From the IMG/VR virus record IMGVR_UViG_3300020049_015566: a stretch of 64,000 nt of DNA; one strand, given 5' to 3'. This DNA comes from an uncultured virus (IMG/VR IMGVR_UViG_3300020049_015566) (taxonomy: Duplodnaviria; Heunggongvirae; Uroviricota; Caudoviricetes). Below the pieces are notes generated by a model, which had not been told where the DNA came from, ran no database searches, and was given only the letters and a program-made list of their open reading frames with translations. How positions within the stretch are numbered: position 1 is the first letter of the stretch; every line of letters starts with the position of its first letter. Positions 57,960 through 64,000 of the stretch are shown in pieces. Made by a program: the position numbers and the translations under genes.

Positions 57960-58733
57960 ATGAAAATCCAACTGATTGATGCCAACAACTACCTCCGCCG
58001 GAAGTTCGAGTCCTCGTTCAACGTCCCCTCGATCGTCCCCTTGCTTAGCCCTGAACCGATGTTCTGGGTCTTCGACGGCAAGGGCGCCCTGAAGGCCCGA
58101 CAGGACCTCTACCCTGGCTACAAGGCCAAGCGGGACCGTGAGACGCCGACCAACAACGGTGCCTATGCGATGCTGCAGACGATCCGTGAGGAGCTCCTGA
58201 TCCACACCGGCGGGTATATCGTTCGGGTGCCGGGCATGGAAGCCGACGATATCATTGCCCACCTGGCCGGGACGTTCAGCGGCCAGGGGATTGACGTCTG
58301 GGTCGAGTCGAACGACGGCGACTTCCACAGCCTCGTGGACGAGCGGGTTACCCTGGCTACCCCCCCAGGGTGGACTTCCGAGATCGCACCAAAGGACGTC
58401 CGCCTCTACAAGACGCTCGTCGGAGACCAAAGCGATAATATCCCGGGGCTGAAAGGCTTTGGTGAGAAGGGCTGGAAGGCGCTGTCGGAGGGGGAGAGGC
58501 AGCTGTGGAAGGAGTTCTTCCAGGGTGGAACAGACTGCGACATCCGGAGCATGCTGAAGCCCTCTCAGCTGGAGTGGTTCAACGCCGGCGGGGACAAGCT
58601 GCTTCGTATCTTCTGGAAGGTCGTCGGCTTCCTGCCGGTCACCGACGAGCTCATCAACCGGCACACCGTGGCTGGAGTCAAGGATGCCAAGGCCTACAGT
58701 GACGTTCTGAGGAAGTACATGTGGACGATCTGA
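57960..58733 (+). CDS. 5'-3' exonuclease / flap endonuclease (T5 D15 / RNase H-like)
   Basis: LIDANN, VFDG, YPGYKAKR, EADD, SNDGDF, LVGDQSDNIPGLKGFGEK. Confidence 0.9.
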   Translation: MKIQLIDANNYLRRKFESSFNVPSIVPLLSPEPMFWVFDGKGALKARQDLYPGYKAKRDRETPTNNGAYAMLQTIREELLIHTGGYIVRVPGMEADDIIAHLAGTFSGQGIDVWVESNDGDFHSLVDERVTLATPPGWTSEIAPKDVRLYKTLVGDQSDNIPGLKGFGEKGWKALSEGERQLWKEFFQGGTDCDIRSMLKPSQLEWFNAGGDKLLRIFWKVVGFLPVTDELINRHTVAGVKDAKAYSDVLRKYMWTI

Positions 58734-58951
58734 AGCTAAGCCTCCGCCGGGGAGCCAACCTGGTGGACACCATCCGCACCCGGTTCCCCAAGACTCCCCC
58801 AACGGAGTATTACCACTGGCAAGAGAGCCTGGATGCCATCTGGGCCCTTTATGATAACGCTGTGATCGACGCACTCCAGGCCAAGAAGGCCAAGGCAGTG
58901 CTGAAAAAGCAGATCCAAACCGGAGTAAAACGCTATGCAAATGCCGAGTAG
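58721..58951 (+). CDS. Hypothetical protein
   Basis: Fills the gap between exonuclease and polymerase genes with overlaps. Confidence 0.5.
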   Translation: MDDLKLSLRRGANLVDTIRTRFPKTPPTEYYHWQESLDAIWALYDNAVIDALQAKKAKAVLKKQIQTGVKRYANAE

Positions 58952-61900
58952 CATCCTGGTCGACCGCCGTAACATCCAGCAGGTCCGTGACCTGATCCTG
59001 GAGGACATGCGGTCATCCGGCCTGAAGGGGCTGGACATCGAGACCACCAACCGCTTCGCGCATGAGGGGATCCTCAAGCTCGAAAGCAAGAAGACGATCT
59101 TTGACATCCGCCGCACGGTGATCACCGGCTTGTCTGTCTACGCCGACGGCGCCAACCGCTGCTGGTACTTCAACCTCTTCCACGCCGACGAGGCGAACCG
59201 CCTGACCTGGCCGGAAGTGCGTGAATTCCTTGAGGCCCCTGGCCGCAACCCCTTCTGGGTGATCCACAACGCCCCGTTTGAAATCACGATGTTCGAGAAG
59301 TGTGTTGGCTTCAACCTGGGCACCAACGTCATCTGCAGCCTGCAGCTCTGCGTCACGGCCTACGGCCCGGACACTTACCCCTTGTCGAAGTTCATCACCC
59401 CGGACATCGGGGGTATCGCCCGGCTGATGCCGGCCATCAGCAAGGCCTTCGCCGGATATCAGAAGGGGGATCCGATGACGGCCGACCAGGAGGAGCTCCT
59501 GTTCAAGGTCATCGCCAAGGAGAGTGACGCCGAGCACAGCTACAACGGCTATGTGAAGTCCCTGGCCTACGGCTATGGTCTCAAGCAGGCCGTCAAGAGC
59601 TGGTTCGAGTACGAGATGATGCCCTATGACGCCCTGCTCAAGGCGCACAACGCCACGCGCATGTGCGAGCTCACCGGCGACCAGGTAGTGGCCTATGGCT
59701 GCGACGATGCCTTCTGGTGTGTGAAGCTGTACCACCGGGTGCTGCAATACATGATGGAGACCAACCCGCTGGCGGTGGAGACCTTCTTCACCCAGGAGAA
59801 CCCAATGGTGCATGAGTATGCCGCCATCTGGCAGGGGGGTCTGCGGGTCAACAAGGCGAACATCCTCAAGCGGATGGATATGGAGCGCAAGGAGGCCGCC
59901 GCCCAGCTCCGCAAGATGAAGGCGGCGGTGCGTCAGTTGCGCTTCGAGAAGGACCCTCACGAGAAGCTGCTGAAGTACGACGCCAAGTGGTATGAGAAGA
60001 ACGGTGAGAAGTACCGCACGATGATCATGTCGTGGGCCGAGTCCCCTGACAGCGACGACGACTTCAAGCAGGTGATGCAGGTGCGCTCACCGACCTCCTC
60101 CGGCTGGGCGGCTGACCGAGGGGTGGCTGAATCGAAGGGGGTCAACCTCAACCACTACATGCCGATGCGGGTGATGCTGTACGACCTCTGCGGCCTCTCT
60201 TTCCAGCTGGCGGACGGCAAGGTGCAGTCGGACGACGAGGCCCGCAAGACGATGTTCCGTCGCTATGCCAGGAAGTGGGCTGAGAGTCACGGCGTGGAAC
60301 TGGACAAGGTCTTCGACGTGGAGAAGCTGAAGGTCCTGTCGGAGCCGCTGCGGGAGGATCCGGTTGTTCAGGTGCTGATGGCCTACATGCAACTGGCGGG
60401 TATCGAGCAGCGCATGAAGCTGTACCTGACGCCCTACCTGATGATGGTCGACCCGGAAACGGATTGTATGTACCCGGTGCTGTCGAGCCGGTTGGCGACG
60501 AGACGGACGAGCTGTCAATTTCCTAAATGTTGGGCTTCAGTGGCGTAAGCTGCTGTCGAAAGCTACCTAATTCGGGAGAACACCCTCTGGGGTCAATCAC
60601 CGAGCTAAGTGTAGGGGGAACCCTGCTAAATGCGTAACGACCATCCCGCAAGGGAGTACAGCCAAGCGGCTGGAAATGGTAGTCACCCCACCGGGTAAGG
60701 CCGAGGGTGTTGATATGGTCTGATCTGCATGGTGACATGCAGCTGCCGGAGAGGCGGCCTGGGTCTAGCGTCCCCAGGTGAACATAAATTGAACGGACAG
60801 CAGTTGGCGAAGTACGGGGGGAGCGCCTATGTGCGGGGCTTCTTCCTGCCAGACCAGGATGACCATGTATTGGTTTCAGCAGACTGGTCGGCCATTGAGC
60901 TAGGCATCATCGCGCAGTATTCGCTCGACCCGGCCTTCATCAAGGCCTATGGTCAGCGGCCACACGATGACCTGCACAGCTGGACAGCCTCGCAGATGAT
61001 GCGGATGTCGTTGGAGGAGTTCAACAAGCTCCCCGACAAGAAGCAGTTACGTACAGATTTGGGGAAGGGTGGGAATTTCGGCTTAAAAATCAAGGACTTA
61101 GGCCCCTGCAGCCGTGAGGTTGCTTGAAGAACCAGGTGAACTCAGGGAAACGCCAGAACGGCCAATCCTGAGCCAAGCCGGTAGGGAAACCGGAAGGTGC
61201 AACGACTATCCCGCAAGGGAGTAGGGCTCAAGTGGGCTCGAAGCGCCTGGCCCTGTGATCGAACCTCGGAGGAGGTGGCGCAGGTGATGATATAGTCTGG
61301 TCTGCATGGGGACATGCAGCTGCGAAAGCGTCTAGGGGATAACGCCCCCTAGAGAACACAACGACTGGTACAGTGGAGCTCTCGGCACCGTCGCCAAGGC
61401 ACGGGGATGGTCCAGCGAGGAGATGTGGGAATTCACGGAGATTTACCGTGGGATCTTTGCGGTCGCGGAGGAGTGGCGTCTTGAGACCATCCAGACTGTT
61501 CGTCAACAAGGGTATGTGACCTTGCCTGATGGATTACGGCGGGATCGGTTTGAAGCCACCCCCACCTGGGCTGATGTGATGCGGAACAAGTTCCGGGCGT
61601 ACAACGTGCCGGGCTTCGTCGAGCTGATGATCAGCAAGATCCAGAACCGCTCCGGCAACCAGGCGGTGAACGCCATGGTGCAAGGGCTGTGTGCCACGCT
61701 GGCGAAGCGGAAGATCCTCAAGCTGCGGAAGATGATCGCCGACCGTGGTTATCGTGCCCGCTTGTGGCTGCTGGTGCATGACGAACTGGTCTGCTCCGTC
61801 CACAAGGACGACGCGATCGACTTCATGTACGACCTGTACGAGCTGATGATCGACGGTGAGGGCATCTTCAACGAGATCAAGCTGGACTCCAGCCTGGCCG

Positions 61901-62070
61901 TGGGGCGCAACTTCCAGCCCTGGGATGCCAAGGAGTGCCCACAGGGTCAGATCGAGCTCATGGAGCTCAACAAGGGCCTCCCCTGCCTGCCTGAAGAACG
62001 GTATGGGCAACGGGCAACACGGGAGGAGATTGGGGATGTACTCAAGTACCTGTTTGAGACCCCGGCCTGA
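58935..62070 (+). CDS. polA: Family A DNA polymerase, spliced: join(58935..60524, 60792..61083, 61364..62070), 862 aa
   Basis: Exonuclease motifs GLDIETT, IHNAPFE and YGCDD. Splicing restores ATRRTSCQFP|NGQQL, then motif A ADWSAIEL, motif B KGGNFG-Y|WYSG and motif C VHDEL. Exons total 2589 nt and stay in frame. Confidence 0.92.
60525..60791 (+). ncRNA. Group I intron 1 (267 nt, IA2-like, no ORF)
   Basis: 5' exon ends in U and intron ends in G; P1 CCU|AA pairs with UUGGG, with U-G at the splice site; P7 gaccat/atggtc; P7.1 tccc-gcaa-ggga; P9 ctgcatg-gtga-catgcag. Confidence 0.9.
61084..61363 (+). ncRNA. Group I intron 2 (280 nt, IA2-like, no ORF)
   Basis: P1 GGCU|UAA pairs with UUAGGCC, with U-G at the splice site; P7 gactat/atagtc; same P7.1 and P9 as intron 1; terminal G at 61363. 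Confidence 0.9.
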
Positions 62071-62234
62071 TGGCCAAGCGTAAGCGGAAACGGCCGCCCC
62101 CCTGCTGGTGTCAGGGGTGGTGGTTCCCGCACCGACGGGGTTGCATCTACTGCGATGACTACCCCAAGCCCCTCACCGAACAGCAGTGGCTTGACCACCC
62201 GATGAACAGACGTAACACTGTTCAGACCCGATAA
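62070..62234 (+). CDS. Small Cys/His protein (54 aa, below the ORF-track cutoff)
   Basis: MAKRKRKRPPPCWCQGWWFPHRRGCIYCDD...; TGATG overlap with the polA stop. Confidence 0.55.
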   Translation: MAKRKRKRPPPCWCQGWWFPHRRGCIYCDDYPKPLTEQQWLDHPMNRRNTVQTR

Positions 62235-62251
62235 CCCAATGGAATTTTGAG

Positions 62252-62470
62252 ATGCCTGACTTTATCGACCAGATGCAAGAGAGCGATGCCCTGACCTTCC
62301 AGGCGCAGGAGAACATTGCCAGGATCCAGCGGGAGGCCGCAAAGGCTCCCACCTACTTCAAGTTCTGCCGCAACTGTGGGGAGGCTACCGAAGGGGGTGC
62401 CGCCTTCTGTGATATGGACTGCTGTTCTGATTATGAGCGGATCCAGAGGGCCAGGGGGCAGAGACGATGA
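62252..62470 (+). CDS. Small C4 zinc-finger protein (DksA/TraR-like or DUF2116-like)
   Basis: MPDFIDQMQE...CRNCGE...FCDMDCCSDYE. Confidence 0.7.
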   Translation: MPDFIDQMQESDALTFQAQENIARIQREAAKAPTYFKFCRNCGEATEGGAAFCDMDCCSDYERIQRARGQRR

Positions 62471-62874
62471 GCACCTACCACGAGGTGGAGGAGGAATTCC
62501 TGGGGCTCCTCCCGAAGCGAGCCTTTGCCCACCGGCTGGTGGATACCAAGGCGGCCAGGAACCTGGTGGAGAACCAACCCTCGGATTACATCGTCACCTC
62601 AAACGGACATATGTGGTATGCCGAGGTGAAGCTCTGCTCTGAGCTGGTCAGCTTCCCCTTCGCCAATATCCGGAAGGGGCAACTGCGGGCCATGGTATTA
62701 CAGCTGCGGGCGGGGGGACTTTATTTTGTCCATATCAGAAGTTCTTATATGAACCGCTGGTATCATATCCCGGCCGCCCTGATCCTGGACACGCTGGAGT
62801 CGGGGAAGAAGAGCCTGAAATGGAGCGAGATTGATGACCACGCCTACGCAAAAATCCCCTTTGCCGAAGTTTAA
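62467..62874 (+). CDS. RecU-like / PD-(D/E)xK Holliday junction resolvase
   Basis: PSDYIV...YAEVK...FANIRKGQ...GKKSLKWSEI. Confidence 0.7.
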   Translation: MSTYHEVEEEFLGLLPKRAFAHRLVDTKAARNLVENQPSDYIVTSNGHMWYAEVKLCSELVSFPFANIRKGQLRAMVLQLRAGGLYFVHIRSSYMNRWYHIPAALILDTLESGKKSLKWSEIDDHAYAKIPFAEV

Positions 62875-63433
62875 CCACCCCACCAAGCTGGACTGGCCGG
62901 ATCTCATGGTCGATCTGGAAACGACCGGCTTGCAGGCCGACCGGCACGGCATCCTCCAGATCGCTGCTGTACGTTTCGATCTGCTGTCGATGCAGCTTGA
63001 TGCCACGGACACCTTCCAGGCCTGCCTGACCATGCCGCCCCACCGCTGCTGGATGGAGAGTACCCGGGAGTGGTGGATCCGGGACAAGTACGACTTATTG
63101 GAAAAACTGATGAGCCAGCAGGAAGAGTGGCGGGAAGTGATGGAACGCTTCGCGGTATGGGTGGGAGGGGCCAAGCCTACCTTCTGGTCGAAGCCTTCGC
63201 ACTTCGACTTCACCTTCCTGTCATCGTACTTTGCGGATGCCGGCGTTGAGAACCCGTTCCACTACCGCAAGGCCAATGACCTGAACAGCTTCCTGCGAGG
63301 GATGTACTGGCCGCAGGACCCCCCCTACAACGACTGGAACGTCTCTACCAGTGGGGATGCCCATGACGCCTTGAATGACATCTTCCACCAGTTGAAGGTG
63401 CTGTTCATGAACTATGAGCACAAGCGAACATAA
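62834..63433 (+). CDS. DEDDh 3'-5' exonuclease
   Basis: LMVDLETTG...STREWW...FDFTFL...HDALND. Confidence 0.85.
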   Translation: MTTPTQKSPLPKFNHPTKLDWPDLMVDLETTGLQADRHGILQIAAVRFDLLSMQLDATDTFQACLTMPPHRCWMESTREWWIRDKYDLLEKLMSQQEEWREVMERFAVWVGGAKPTFWSKPSHFDFTFLSSYFADAGVENPFHYRKANDLNSFLRGMYWPQDPPYNDWNVSTSGDAHDALNDIFHQLKVLFMNYEHKRT

Positions 63434-63453
63434 GGAAAACTGATGAAGAAAAG

Positions 63454-63482
63454 AAGCCCGCCTGACCAGCGGGCTTTTTCTT
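63454..63482 (+). terminator. Rho-independent terminator
   Basis: aagcccgc-ctgacca-gcgggctt followed by a T-tract. Confidence 0.75.
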
Positions 63483-63490
63483 GGCCGGCT

Positions 63491-63858
63491 ATATCACTTT
63501 TCCTGATGGAAGCCAGAAGGGTTGGCAAAAACGCTGATGAAGCCATATCACTTTTTCTGATGTAAGCCCGAAGGGTTGGCAAAAACGCTGATGAAGTCAT
63601 ATCACTTTTCCTGATGTAAGCCAGAGTGATTGGCAAAAACGCTGATGAAGTCATATCACTTTTGCTGATGGAAGCCCCCAGAACCCCAGAAATACTGATT
63701 AAAACCGAGGAATCCCCGAGTTTTGCCTATATCAGTTTTTCTGATGATCCACAGCGGTTTAGCCAAAAAGCATCAGAAAAACTGATGAGCCAAATTGGGG
63801 CAGCTTTTTCTATATCAGTTTTTCTGATGAAGTCGGTCGGTGTATCAGTTCTGCTGAT
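63491..63858. repeat. 54-bp tandem repeat (~3.5 copies) plus dispersed ATCAS-N5-CTGAT palindromes (8 copies in total)
   Basis: Units start at 63491, 63545, 63599 and 63653; palindromes at 63493, 63547, 63601, 63655, 63731, 63772, 63814 and 63844. Confidence 0.85.
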
Positions 63859-63942
63859 AGATCATGATTTTTTCGACGTTTCGGCCAAAGTACCTCAAAC
63901 CCATACCCACCAAGGGTTATAGCGTTTTTTCCCTCTTTCTCA

Positions 63943-64000
63943 CTGTTACATAAAAACCTAAGCTACGTTTATAAGAAATTTTGGGAGAGAGAGTTAGAGA
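63943..64000 (+). repeat. Module A copy 3 (truncated by the window edge)
   Basis: 34-bp identity ctgttacataaaaacctaagctacgtttataaga with 29895..29928, then a similar tttt..gg..agagttagaga continuation. Confidence 0.85.

Noticed and set aside
61088..61100. IHF consensus match AATCAAGGACTTA in intron 2
   Set aside because: A single degenerate match whose 3' end is already explained by P1 pairing; likely chance.
58935..62070. polA as a pseudogene, frameshifted gene or intein-containing gene
   Set aside because: The inserts contain stops and have group I RNA features; precise removal restores the frame and catalytic motifs.
63491..63676. 54-bp repeats as a mini-CRISPR
   Set aside because: Units are near-identical along their whole length, with no unique spacers.
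63430..63860. Hammerhead ribozymes suggested by repeated CTGATGA
   Set aside because: No correctly placed GAAA or stems I-III could be built; the CTGAT is explained as half of the ATCAS-N5-CTGAT palindrome.
1..64000. tRNA, rRNA, integrase, transposase, reverse transcriptase/DGR or lysis genes
   Set aside because: None recognised by eye; they may lie outside the window, and a tRNAscan/HMM search would be needed to exclude them.

Overview
The window is a 64 kb stretch of a tailed dsDNA phage genome of siphovirus type, with no integrase, lysis cassette, tRNA or CRISPR array visible. Positions 1-26.6 kb (minus strand) hold the virion module: tail fibres, lambda J/I/K/L-like tip proteins, tape measure protein, a frameshifted tail chaperone, tail tube, head-tail proteins, major capsid, scaffold/protease, portal and a GpA-type large terminase. 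Positions 26.7-29.7 kb (plus) carry a hypothetical gene and a Prim-Pol/D5 primase-helicase. Positions 29.8-33.1 kb are a mostly non-coding control region rich in palindromes and repeats. Positions 33.1-54 kb (plus) are a long run of small early/accessory genes, including RadC-JAB, LPD29-like, Imm5-like, NinX-like, Ead/Ea22-like and NUDIX-like products. Positions 54-63.4 kb (plus) are the replication module: SF2 helicase, SSB-like protein, 5'-3' exonuclease, family A DNA polymerase, RecU-like resolvase and DEDD exonuclease. Four features stand out. (1) Twenty-one copies of a 19-bp palindrome (AAAAGTKAA-S-TTMACTTTT) are confined to 31.2-43.9 kb and mostly sit at gene boundaries, often supplying the upstream stop codon and followed by a GGAGTAAC ribosome-binding motif, giving a cassette-like early region. 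(2) The DNA polymerase gene is split by two ORF-less group I introns whose splice sites can be placed to the base. (3) A CTGTTACATA-bounded module recurs three times. (4) An iteron-like 54-bp / ATCAS-N5-CTGAT repeat cluster lies at the right end. Product calls come from motif recognition and gene order only; no database search was run.
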